A stretch of DNA of 64,000 nt from Sphyrna mokarran (lineage: Eukaryota). The position numbers and the translations under genes are program-made. Location: NCBI GenBank assembly GCA_024679065.1, contig JAGIQG010000043.1:2356001-2420000 (forward strand), written 5' to 3'. Below the pieces are notes generated by a model that had not been told where the DNA came from, searched no databases, and was given only the letters and a program-made list of their open reading frames with translations. Position 1 is the first letter of the stretch. Each line of letters opens with the position of its first letter. Shown here one piece after another: positions 53,075-64,000 of this stretch.

Positions 53075-53385
53075 CACATACGCTCAGAGATGTACCTCCG
53101 TGCACACAGATGCACACAAACACGCACACACACACAAACACACGCACACACACACAAACACACGCACACACACAGATGCACACACAGGTCCACACACACA
53201 CGCACACACAGTCACACAAGCACTTACACTTACATATATATTTACACACACACATACACTCATATATATTTACACACACATTCACACAAACACACAAATC
53301 ACACAAATACACACACACACTCACACACACACACAAACACACTCATACAAACACACTCAAATATATATTTACACACACAAACATA
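53075..53385. repeat. (CA)n-rich microsatellite
   Basis: Directly visible; source of the spurious His/Thr and Cys/Val ORFs. Confidence 0.95.
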
Positions 53386-53474
53386 TGTATCCCCAGATGG
53401 CTGGGGTCTACTGAGTTAATCCGATTGTCTCTAAATTTGAATAGAATCCTTCAATATACAGAGTAACACCTCAC

Positions 53475-53804
53475 CTTTCCGTTTTTCAGTTGTTTTGGGC
53501 TTCCACACACTTTTCGTCGAAAATTCCCCTGGAGTCCCCAGTTGAACAATGCAAGTGCAGACAGCGCCGCTTCTCCAAGTTACCCCTGACACCATGACAT
53601 GACTTCTGATGCTGTAGGTCCCGTTCCCCTCCATTGTCCCTGGATCACTCGATCCTTCAGTGACCAGACCGGAAATATTCCAGAAAATAGCAGTCTGGTT
53701 GGAAGAAACTCCACTGACCAAACACACTAAGGGCACGGTATCATTCACATCCAGTTCAGCCGGCGGGACAAATACTTGCACAGCCGTCTTGTTGGTGGAA
53801 CTGT
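53475..53804 (-). CDS. Ig C1-set domain exon of a VJ-C1 gene
   Basis: ctgtccag|...|gtgagg, 330 nt, phase 1 to 1. DSSTNKTAVQVFVPP..PLVCLVSGV..AIFWNI..GNGTYSIRSHV..WRSGAVCTCIVQ shows the C1 hallmarks. Confidence 0.9.
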
Positions 53805-53894
53805 CTGGACAGAAATTGGGACATAGTTAACGATTAATTTACACCAAGTGGTATTATTGTGCATAACCTGGATTCATTTCACTTGTTCTCTTAC

Positions 53895-54227
53895 CTCCAA
53901 CCAGTAGTGTGGTTCCATTCTTGAACGGCGCATAGCTATCCTTATCAGCACAGTAGTAGGAACCCGAGTCATTCGCTTGGGCGTTGCGAATTTCCAGTAT
54001 CAATTCACGTTTGTCGTGGCCTTTTTTAGAAATAAACTTACAATCGCCCCCATCACAGGTTGGGATATTGATTACTTTCGGGATTTCATCAACATTTTGT
54101 TTGTACCACAAATAGATGGCTACGGATTCCACCTCGAATGCTTGTTGACAGGTTAAATCCACCGTCTGGCCGACTTCGGCTGTCACTGTGAAGAGCCTTT
54201 GAGGTAGAGAGGACTCGGAATCTGTAA
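53895..54227 (-). CDS. Ig V-set domain exon with germline-joined J-like segment
   Basis: tttctag|...|gtaaga, 333 nt, phase 1 to 1 (alternative acceptor at 54221). GQTVDLTC, YLWYKQ, LILEIRNAQANDSGSYYC, FKNGTTLLVG. Confidence 0.92.
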
Positions 54228-54811
54228 CTAGAAAGATTATTCAAACATTACCACATATTTCAATATTGAAAGTTGCCTTTTGAAAAAAAAAGCGGTGTAA
54301 ATTAAGAACAGTCTCATTATTATCTTCAATTATACTTCTGGAGATTATTTCCCAAGTTGCATTTTCTTCGCTTGAAAGGAGGAAACCAAAAATCCTTGGA
54401 CCGATCATTCAGTCGTATTTGCAGTGCACTAGCTGAGCGGCATGGTGTTTGGCACCATTGGCTCAAGCGCTGGGGACCCGGGTTCAATTCCTGGCTTGGG
54501 TCACTGTCTGTGCACGTTCTCCCCGTGCCTGCATGGGTGTTTCCTCCCACTTACCGAAAGCTGTGCTGGTTCGGTGCATTGGCCGTGCTAAATCCTGATT
54601 CTGTGTACCCGTAGTGGCGCAGGAGTGTGGCGATTAAGGTCTTTTCATAGTAACTTCATTGCAGTGTCGATGCAAAAGATTACTAGTCACAAGTAAGGCT
54701 CACATTAACACTGGAATGTGAAATTTCCCTGGAAGCCGACTTGTGACACTAATGCTGAAAAAACTAACTTGGCTGCTGCTATTTACAATGTCTGTCCTGG
54801 CAAATACTCAC

Positions 54812-54866
54812 CATGAACCCACAACGCATGGAGAATAAGTATCAGGGATAAAGATTGCTGGGGCAT
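54812..54866 (-). CDS. Signal-peptide (leader) exon of the VJ-C1 gene
   Basis: ATG at 54866, MPQQSLSLILILHALWVH plus G|gtgagt; 55 nt, phase 1, in frame with the V exon. Confidence 0.85.
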
Positions 54867-55229
54867 TTTGCACAGATGAGCAATATCTCCCTGTTTCCAC
54901 TCACACCAGTTTGTTTTTGCTGAGAGGTCCGAGGACTGACCTGGTCTCGGACCCAGTTAATTGTTGCACTTTATGATTGGGTGGAAACTGTGACAAGAGA
55001 CAATGGAAAGTGTGACATAGTACTGATGACGTTGCGCTGCTGAATGCATTTCATGCACTGTGATCGCCGCCTACGTATCACAGGGTCAAGTGATGGAACA
55101 TTCACACAGAGCTTGACTGGTTTGACATACCGAGGGGACCACAAGCTAATCATTGTGCGGATATGTGCAGAGTATATAAGTTACAGTTTAATTTATTCTC
55201 ACGATATGCAATACGGTGGCTTAGTTGAA

Positions 55230-55990
55230 AAGGTTGAGGGCGGTGATCTCACTGAAACTTACAGAACACTGCAACGCCTGGTAGAGTGGGTATAGAGAAG
55301 ATCTTCAGAATAGAATAGAATAGAATCATTAGAGTGCAGAGGGAGGGCATTTTAGCCCTTCGAGGTTGCACTGACAATGACTTCAGCCAGGCCATATATC
55401 CATAACTGTACCTTACACTCCGAGCCCCCCTTCCTCCCTTCCCGCCACCCCCCACCGCCCCGATACTTAGGGACAATTTAGCATGGCCAATCCAACTAAC
55501 CCGTACATCTTTGGATTCTGGGAGGAAACTGGAGCAACGGTAGGAATCCCATGCAGACACTGGGACAATGTGCAAACTTGACAGTCACCCAAGACCGGAA
55601 TTGAACCCGAGTCCCTAAGTGCTGTGAAATAGCAGTGCTAACCACTGTGCCACCGTCCATTAGTTGGAGAGACTCGGCTTCGAGTACACAGGCTCAGAGT
55701 AAAGGGTTGACCCTTTCGCACCGAGAAGACAAGGGATTCCTTCAGCCAGAGAGACGTTAATGTGTGCAATTCATTGCCACAAAAGGCCGTGAAGGCCAAG
55801 TCATTGAGTGCTTTTAAAATAGAGATAAGTAGTCTTTAGACAAGAGATAGATTGGCAAGTGGTTCAAAAGTTTAAAGGAAAAGGCGAGAGAATGGGGTAG
55901 AGAAACATATCAGCCATGATCGATTGGCAGAGCAGACCCGATGGACAGAATGACGTAATTAAGTTCCTTTATCCTATAGACTTATTGTTC
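55230..55990 (+). mobile_element. Old CR1 3' fragment interrupted by an antisense HE1-type SINE (about 55310-55657)
   Basis: GDLTETYRTL and F.QR.VN..N.LP remnants flank a complete SINE. Confidence 0.7.
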
Positions 55991-56109
55991 AGCAATATGA
56001 ATTAACCAGCTATATCATCCGATTGAGTTGTCTTTGTAAAACATTATATCATTGAAGTATATATTACAGAAGTAATTAAAAAAATAAAGTAATAAGAAAA
56101 GTAATAAAC

Positions 56110-56470
56110 TTCGATGTTGTGCTGAACATGATAGAAGCTAAACTAATCCCTTCTACCTGACCTTGATCCATATCCCTCTGTTCCTTGCATATTATGCCCT
56201 TATCTAAAAGCCCCTTAAACGCTCCCATCAGACCTGCCTCCAACACCACCTCAGACAATGCGTTCCAGACAACTATTACTCTCCGGGTAAACAATTTACT
56301 CTTCGCATCTCCTTTGAACTTTCTCCCTCTCACCTTAAGTGCACGCCCTTTACTATTTGACATCTCAAACCTGGGAAAAATTATTTTGAGTGCCAACTCT
56401 ATTCATGATTAGTATATTTTTTATAGACGTCTATCAGGTCTCCCCTCAGCCTTCGACGCTCCAGTGAAAA
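56110..56470 (-). mobile_element. Old CR1 3' fragment
   Basis: ORF 56076-56396 LKVRGRKFKGD..LFTRRV..VWNAL. Confidence 0.85.
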
Positions 56471-56789
56471 CAGCTTCTGTGTCTTCCCTGTGATTGTTCA
56501 TGTGTTATATCAACAGTGTTAAATAAGGAGCGAGGACCACCATTTTGACCACGCCGCAGTGAAGGAACGACAATAGATTTCTAACATATTGCTTCTGATT
56601 GGGAGGGGAGTTGATGGCGAAGGTGTACCCATGAGTCCGCTCTCTTTGTCCTTCAGGGCCAAGAAGGTGTGTATTTGCACAATGAATGACAGGAATATAA
56701 ATTGAATATACAAGTATATACTATGATCCATTCTGAAAAAGGCTTTATTTTTACAATTATTGATGTAGAAACAACGGCAATATAAGGAA

Positions 56790-57345
56790 GAAGAGGTCAT
56801 TTGGCATTTTGAACCTGTTCTGCCGTTCATTTTGGTCAAAGCTGATCATCAAATTCAATGTCCTGAATCCCCGCTTTCCCCCCTCTTTCGACCTAAAAGC
56901 TATTTCTTCTAATTCCTTGAACTCCATTTTGAAATCATAAAACTTTTTGGCCTCAACAACAGTCTGTGGTAGTGAATTTCATTCCCTGGGTGAAGACATC
57001 CCTCTTCATCTCAGTTCTAAAAGGTTTACCTGATGGAAGTTTCTACGTTACAACAAGACCCCCTCTCACTCTCCTAAACTCTGAAGAATTCAATCCGAAC
57101 CGACTTAGTCTCTCCTCACTTGACAGACCTGTCATCTCGGGAAACAACCTGGTCCACCTTCGTTGTCCTTCCTGTAAAGCAAAGACATGCTTCCCTCAGA
57201 TAAGGCAACCAAAATTGTACAGAACACTCCGGATTGTTTTCTTTTGAAATCACATATAGTTTTGGTCTCAGCTACTTTGTGTGATAGAGAATTCTACACA
57301 TTCAACCCTCTTTGGGTGAGGAAATTTCTCCTCGCCTCAGTCCAA
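56790..57345 (-). mobile_element. Old rearranged CR1 3' fragments
   Basis: Antisense CR1 remnants (aaccgacttagtctctcctca; ttctacacattcaaccctctttgggtgaggaaatttctcctc). Confidence 0.6.
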
Positions 57346-58544
57346 AAACTGGGGCGGTACGGTGGCACAGTGATTAGCACTGATGTTTCACAGCACCAGG
57401 GACTGTGCTTGATTCCCAGTTTTCCTCATTGTCTTTGTGGAATGTACATATTCTCCCTATGTCTGCGTGCATTTCCTCCGGATGCTCTAAGTTGCTCTCA
57501 CATCCTGAAAGACGTACGAATTCGGTGCATCAACCTGAACAGGCACCCGGCTGTGATGACGGTGGGGTGGGGGAGGGAGGGATTTCAAATTTCACAGCAA
57601 GTTGATTGCAGTGTTAATGTAAGGTTTACTGAAGACTAGTAAAATAACTTCAAACTTGAAAAGGTTTACCCATATCTTCAAAAATGATCTCTCGGTAATG
57701 ACACAACCTGCTTGCGCAGAAACTGCAAAATACTGGATGGACTGTGGGTGGATTCAATTAAAATGCACAGTTGCAGCCTGAGTTATTTCGATGCACCTTG
57801 TACGTCGAGAGTATACTGCCCGCCATTTGGCACAATAACGTTTTTGTGAGTAAGTCTAGATATTTTTGACTTGTTTTCCAAACTGGGCCATGAAGAAACA
57901 CAATGAACTGAGTCTCGCATTCATGAGGACACCGTACATATTCATGCAATAGCTTGGCCTTTGTTCATTGTATCAAAGCTCGTAGCAAACGGTCTGCTGC
58001 TTGCGGTTTCAAGCTGAGAGGCAAAGTGTGCCATCCCCAGACAGCTCTGAGCGTGCACAGTCTCAATTGTAAAAACAAGCAAACCACTGAGAGATTCTGG
58101 CTCGAATAATTTTCCATCAGTGGTGTAAAGTGGATAGAATCTTGGCTAGCGACTTGCGCCCCTCGATATCCTCTGCACACCGCAGAACATGCGAGCTGTC
58201 CTTGTGTGGGTAGAAGCTAGCAGCCGTGGACAGAGACAATGCGCCTCTTTGCTGCAACACCAATCCCTCTGTTACAGGGTCGAATGACTAGCTTCACTTT
58301 CATTATAGGTCATGCACTTATGCAGGACAGTTCAGGCACTCAGCTCCCAGTAATGTCAGAAAGCCAATCTACAACATCGTTCTACAAATCTCTTCGTATT
58401 AAAGAATGGCTGAGTGCCATTATCGATGGACTATTAGTCCAGCCACTCAGCTGGTGTTCTGGTGACCCTGGTTCTAATCCCGCCACGATAGCTGGAAGAA
58501 TATTAATTCAACAGAAGATATCTGCAATTCAAAGCCTACTGATG

Positions 58545-60160
58545 ACGAACGGCGAGCCATTGATGTTGTCTATTTGTATTTTAGTAAGGCGGTTGACAAA
58601 GTCCCTCATGGGAGATTAGTCGAGAAGGTCAAAGCAAATGGGATACAAGTAGGTAGCTAGATGGATAAGTAACTGGCTTGGTAATAGGAGACAGAGAGTA
58701 ATAGCGGAAGGGTGTTTCTCTAGCTGGAGGTCGGTCACTAGTAGTGTCCTGCAGGGCTCGGTACTTGGACCTCTTCTATTTGTGATATACGTAAATTATT
58801 TGGAAGAGGGAGTAAGTGGAGTGATCAGCAAGTTTGCAGACGATACAAAGATGGCTGGACTTGCGGATAGAGAGGAGCATTGTCAGGCAATACAACAGGA
58901 CATAGATAGGCTGGTAGCTTGGGCAGACCGATGGCAGATGGAATTCAATCCTGATAAATGTGAGGTGATGCATTTCGGGAGAAAGAATGTAGGGGGGAGG
59001 TATATGATAAAAGGTAGACCTATTAAGAGTATAGCAACGCAGAGGGACCTGGGGGTGCAGGTGAACAAGTCTCTGAAGGTGCCAGAGCAAGTGGAGAAGG
59101 TTGTGAAGAAAGCATATAGTATGTTAGCCTTTACAAGAAGGGGTATAGAGTACAAGAGCTGGCCTTTAATGTTTCAGTTGTATAAAACGCTGGTTAGACC
59201 TCATTTGAAATACTGCGTCCAGTTCTGGTCGCCTTACTACCGGAAGGACGTGGAGACTCTGGAGAGAGTGCAGAGGAGGTTTACCAGGATGCTGCCTGGT
59301 ATGGAAGGTCTGAATTATGAGGAGAGATTAGGCAAATTGGGAATGTTTTCCTTAAGAAGACGTAGACTTAGAGGAGGTCAGATAGAGGTGTACAAGATTT
59401 TGAAGGAGATAGATAGAGTAAACAGGGTTAAGCTTTTTCCTAGGATGGACTCAAATAGCACGAGGGGTCACGGGCTTAGGGTGAGGGGGGTAAGGTATAA
59501 TTTGGATGCTAGAGGGAGTTTTTTCACACAGAGGGTGGTGGGGGTATGGAATGCGCTGCCAAGTAAAGTGGTGGAGGCAGGTACTCTGGAGTTATTTAAG
59601 AAATACTTAGATGGGCACATGAACAGAATGGGAATGGAGGGGTATAGAAAACTGATTTATAATAGGGATCATGTGCCTTGGGAGTCCCTGGGAAGCGTGT
59701 AAATAGATGATGATATTGATGTATTTGTTTTTATACTACAGGTGCTTTCGTCCACCTTGTTGTCTAACGAGGAGCATACACGTGATGGGTCGTGAGAGGA
59801 CTGCTCTTGGATCTTTTTCGAGAGTATCCTAGTGCTTCACGTTGTTACTGTATGCTTGACCTGGACCATCTCATGGTCAACACGACAGCTCAGTGACTAT
59901 CTCTGTGCTGTGCAGATACATGGATTTGGGCCTGTGTCTGTGGGAGTTTGCGCATTCTCCGAGTGCTTGCGTGGGTTTCCTCTGGGCGCTCCGGTTTCCT
60001 CCCACATCCCAAAGATGTGCTCTTAGGCTAATTGGCAAAACAAATTCTCCCTAAATTGTCCCAAATTTGGTTTTTAATCCATAGATCTATAAACATGGGA
60101 TCGCGGATAGAGATGGGAACATCGGGGTGGCGGCGCGGGCTCGTTGGGCCGAAGGGCCAG
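58545..60160 (+). mobile_element. CR1 family B, 5'-truncated
   Basis: ORF 58782-59702 (FADDTK, RPHLKYCVQFW) plus long 3' UTR. Confidence 0.95.
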
Positions 60161-60285
60161 TTTAAGAGGTTAGTTGATAAGTATATGGAAGAGAAGGGAA
60201 TGGTTTAGTTTGGAGGGGCATTGCTTTTTATATTGGTCGGCACAACATCGCAGGCCGAAGGGCCTGTTCTGTGCTGTAATGTTCT
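60161..60285 (+). mobile_element. CR1 family A 3' tail only (about 125 bp)
   Basis: Near-identical to the reverse complement of about 62064-62187. Confidence 0.85.
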
Positions 60286-60904
60286 ACTGCCCTCGGGCAC
60301 CGAGGGATAGGCAAAAATTGCTGGACAGCCAGCGATGCCGAAGTCCCATGAATATGTGATCCTTTTGTGGCAAAGTGCGTTCCCCATCATTGCACTGAAG
60401 ATTATGTGACATGGGTTCCTGTGGTGTCTTAGAGAATTTAGACGTTTCACTGAATTTACTGCAGAACTAGGTCATGTTTCCAATGAGAGAATCCAATAAA
60501 GATCAACATCTGCCCCATTAACAGTTCCAAGTATTTTACCTGTTAGAATCCTTAATACCCTTTAACGAAGGAAATCTGCTCCCCTTATCTGTTTTGGTCT
60601 ACATGTGACTCCGGATACAGAGCAATGTCGTTGACTCTCAACTGCCCTCGGGCACCGAGGGATAGGCAAAAATTGCTGGACAGCCAGCGATGCCGAAGTC
60701 CCATGAATATGTGATCCTTTTGTGGCAAAGTGCGTTCCCCATCATTGCACTGAAGATTATGTGACATGGGTTCCTGAGGTGTCTTAGAGAATTTAGACGT
60801 TTCACTGAATTTACTGCAGAACTAGGTCATGTTTCCAATGAGAGAATCCAATAAAGATCAACATTTGCCCCATTAACAGTTCCAAGTATTTTACCTGTTA
60901 GAAT
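60286..60904 (+). repeat. 264-bp direct duplication (60286-60549 and 60641-60904)
   Basis: Period 355 bp; two substitutions seen. Confidence 0.95.
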
Positions 60905-62042
60905 GATGCATATTGACCCTCTGCAATAACTGCCATATTGATTGGGATTTTATTCTTTATTCTCATTGGGATTTGAAGTCTTAAGACAGCTGATAAGGTG
61001 AGGGCTGATGTTTAGCAGACACATTTTGAAATTATTGTTTTGTTTTAATTTGCATTGGATTGAAACACCGCTTGTAGTTCGTTTGCTCCTCCCCCGCCTC
61101 CCACCGGAAATCTGACTGAAATCTCCCTCAAGAAAAAGTGACCGAATGATCCATTTCATAATGTTGACCAGTAACTTCAACTTTTTCTGTGTCCAGATCA
61201 CCAGCAATCTGTCCTGGTCCCTCCATGCCGATGATATGGTTAGGGAAGCCCAACACGCCTCTGCTTTCTCAGATGGCTAAAGAAATTCGGCATTTCTGCT
61301 CGGCCTCTCACCAACTTTTACAGATGCATCATCGAAAATGTCCTTTCCAATATCTCATAGGTTGCTACGGCTCCTTGACTGACCAACACTTCAAAAAACT
61401 ACAAATAGTTGTTAATAAGGCCATCGGTATGTTACTGTCATCAGATAATTTAGCAATCTGATGAATTCATTTATCTGTCATATTGACACTTCCTGGAATA
61501 GACTGGGGTCCATCATCCACTGGACACTTCCAATTGAAGTTTTTTACAAGAACTTCATCCTTTCATTTTGCACTGGTGTGCTGGGTTTCCCGTCATTGAG
61601 CTTAGAAATATGTTTGGAATTTCCTAACCTGTTAACTATTGCATTTAATACTTCCATTCCCGGCAGTACTGCCGTTGACAATGATCTGCGCATTGTGGGG
61701 CCATTTAGCTCTGTCTATCGCATGCTGTGTTCTCTGTTTGTCTCGCAAGTCTTCCCGTGCTGTACCTTAACGACGTTACATTCTATTTTTAAGGTTCTCC
61801 CCCAGTCAGTGCATCCTTTAAGTGGATTTCAAGATGGAGGAATATTCACGCATGAGCTGAGGCGGATATTATGAGGCAAATAGCAGAACGTTTCCTTGCC
61901 CATGGATGTGATGTTGGCAAGTAACGTCTTGTGCTCCAGAGAAGATGTTGGGAACTCAATGCGTAAATCTGCGATTCTATCTCCTTTCAGTATTTGTAGT
62001 ACTGTAGTGCCACCTCAGGGATTCAGGGATGGTGTTGTAAGA

Positions 62043-64000
62043 GAACATAAAACATACAACATAGAACATTACAGCACAGAACAGGCCCTTCGGCCTTCGA
62101 TGTTGCGCCGACCAATATAAAAAGCAATGCCCCTCCAAACTAAACCATTCCCTTCTCTTCCATATACTTATCAACTAACCTCTTAAACGCCACCAAACTT
62201 GGCGCATCTACAACTGCTGCAGGCAGGGCATTCCACTCCCGAACCACCCTTTGGGTAAAGAACCTACCTCTGATATCCGTCCTATAACTATCACCCCTTA
62301 ACTTAAAGCTGTGTCCCCTCGTGCTAGCTTTTTCCATCCTAGGAAAAAGGCTATCACTGTCCACCCTATCTAAACCTCTAATCATCTTATATGTTTCGAT
62401 TAGGTCCCCTCTTAGCCGCCTCCTTTCTAACGAAAACAACCTCAAATCCCTCAGCCTCTCTTCATAAGACCTGCCCTCCATACCAGGCAACATCCTGGTA
62501 AACCTCCTCTGTACCCTCTCCAATGCCTCCACATCTTTCTTATAATGTGGGGACCAGAACTGCACACAATACTCCAAGTGCGGCCGCACTAGAGTTTTGT
62601 ACAGTTGCAACATGACGTTGCGGCTCCGAAATTCAATCCCTCTACCAATAAAAGCCAAGACTCCATATGCCTTCCTAACAACCTTCTCGACCTGACTGCC
62701 TACTTTCAGGGATCTATGCACATACACACCAAGATCCCTCTGTTCATCTAGACTACTAAGAATCCTACCATTTGCCCTATACTCTACACATTTATTGTTT
62801 CTGCCATAGTGCATTACCTCACACTTTTCCACATTAAACTCCATTTGCCACCTCTCGGCCCAGCTCTGCAGCTTGTCCAAGTCTCTCTGCAAACTATAAC
62901 ACCCCTCTTCACTATCTACCACTCCACCGACTTTAGTGTCATCTGCAAATTTACTAATCCATCCTTCAATACCCTCATCCAGATCATTTATAAAAATTAC
63001 AAACAGCAGGGGCCCCAAAACAGACCCCTGAGGTACACCACTTGTCACTGAACTCCAAGATGAATATCTCCCATCAACCACCACCCTCTGTCTTCTATCT
63101 GCTAGCCAATTCCTAACCCAATTAGCTAAATCACCCTCTATCCCATACATCTGCATTTTCTGCAGAAGTCTTCCATGGGCCACCTTATCAAACGCCTTAC
63201 TAAAGTCCATATATACCACATCAACCGCCTTACCCCCATCCACCTCCTTAGTCACTTTTTCAAAAAACTCAATGAGGTTAGTAAGGCACGACCTACCCTT
63301 CACAAAACCATGCTGACTATCCCCAATCAATTCATTTCTCTCTAAATAACTATAAATCCTATCCCTAATAATTCTCTCCAATACTTTGCCCACAACAGAA
63401 GTAAGACTCACTGGCCTATAATTCCCTGGAAGGTCTCTCTTCCCCTTCTTGAACAATGGGACCACATTCGCTATCCTCCAGTCCTCCGGAACCACACCCG
63501 TAACCAACGAGGACCTGAAGATCAGAGCCAGAGGCTCTGCAATCTCCTCTCTTGCCTCCCAGAGAATCCTAGGGTAAATCCCGTCCGGCCCAGGGGACTT
63601 ATCCAACTTCAAACCCTCGAGAATATCTAGCACATCCTCCCTATCTACTTCGATACCTTCCAGTTTGCTACCCTGTACCTCAGTGTTCTCCATAACTACA
63701 TTTACATCACCCTGCGTGAATACCGAAGAGAAATATTTATTCAGTACCTCTCCAATCTCTTCAGGCTCCACGCACAACTTCCCACTGCTGTCTATGACTG
63801 GCCCTAATCTTGCCCTAACCAATCTTCTATTCTTAACATATCTAAAGAAAGCTTTAGGATTCTCCTTAATCCTATCAGCCAAAGTCTTCTCGTGTCCCCT
63901 CTTAGCTCTCCTCAATTCACTCTTTAGCTCCCTCCTGGCTAATTATAGCTATCCATTGCAGTAACCGAGCCTTCAAGCCTCATCCTGACATAAGCCTCCT
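62043..64000 (-). mobile_element. Young CR1 family A LINE; ORF2 reverse transcriptase open for 591 aa
   Basis: ORF 62140-63915 has a complete RT (NYRPVSL, SQHGF, DFSKAFD, GVPQGSVLGP, FADDTK) through the C-terminus; element continues toward the window edge. Confidence 0.97.

Noticed and set aside
53043-53466. His/Thr-rich and Cys/Val-rich ORFs
   Set aside because: Translations of the (CA)n microsatellite.
54184-54190. CACAGTG heptamer in the V exon as an RSS
   Set aside because: Lies in FR1 coding sequence with no nonamer at 12 or 23 bp.
54867-55100. Promoter motifs for the VJ-C1 gene (TGACGT half-CRE, E-box, GGAA)
   Set aside because: Short motifs expected by chance; no perfect octamer or TATA box seen.
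62140-63915. Reverse transcriptase near an Ig V gene as a retron or DGR-like diversifier
   Set aside because: Ordinary CR1 ORF2; no template/variable repeat pair matching the V exon.

Overview
Vertebrate genomic DNA, almost certainly a shark or other elasmobranch, judged from dense HE1/V-SINE-type SINEs, CR1 LINEs, and Rex1/Babar and Penelope fragments. Two-thirds of the window is one giant near-perfect inverted repeat: arms 9372-30757 and 30858-52271 (about 21.4 kb each) meet at a 100-N gap. It may be a real palindrome or an assembly/haplotype artefact. Positions 1-7114 and about 7980-8385 are older, diverged paralogous copies of the same block. The one intact-looking host gene is an antigen-receptor-like Ig-superfamily gene on the minus strand: leader exon 54812-54866, a V exon with a germline-fused J-like motif and no RSS (53895-54227), a C1 exon (53475-53804), and weak candidate tail exons running into the right arm. 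Each arm also holds a heavily decayed leader-V-C1-C1-like pseudogene that the ORF track misses. Together these suggest a duplicating cluster of non-rearranging VJ-C1 genes. Most other ORFs are retrotransposon fragments or noise. All homology calls were made by eye and identities are estimates.
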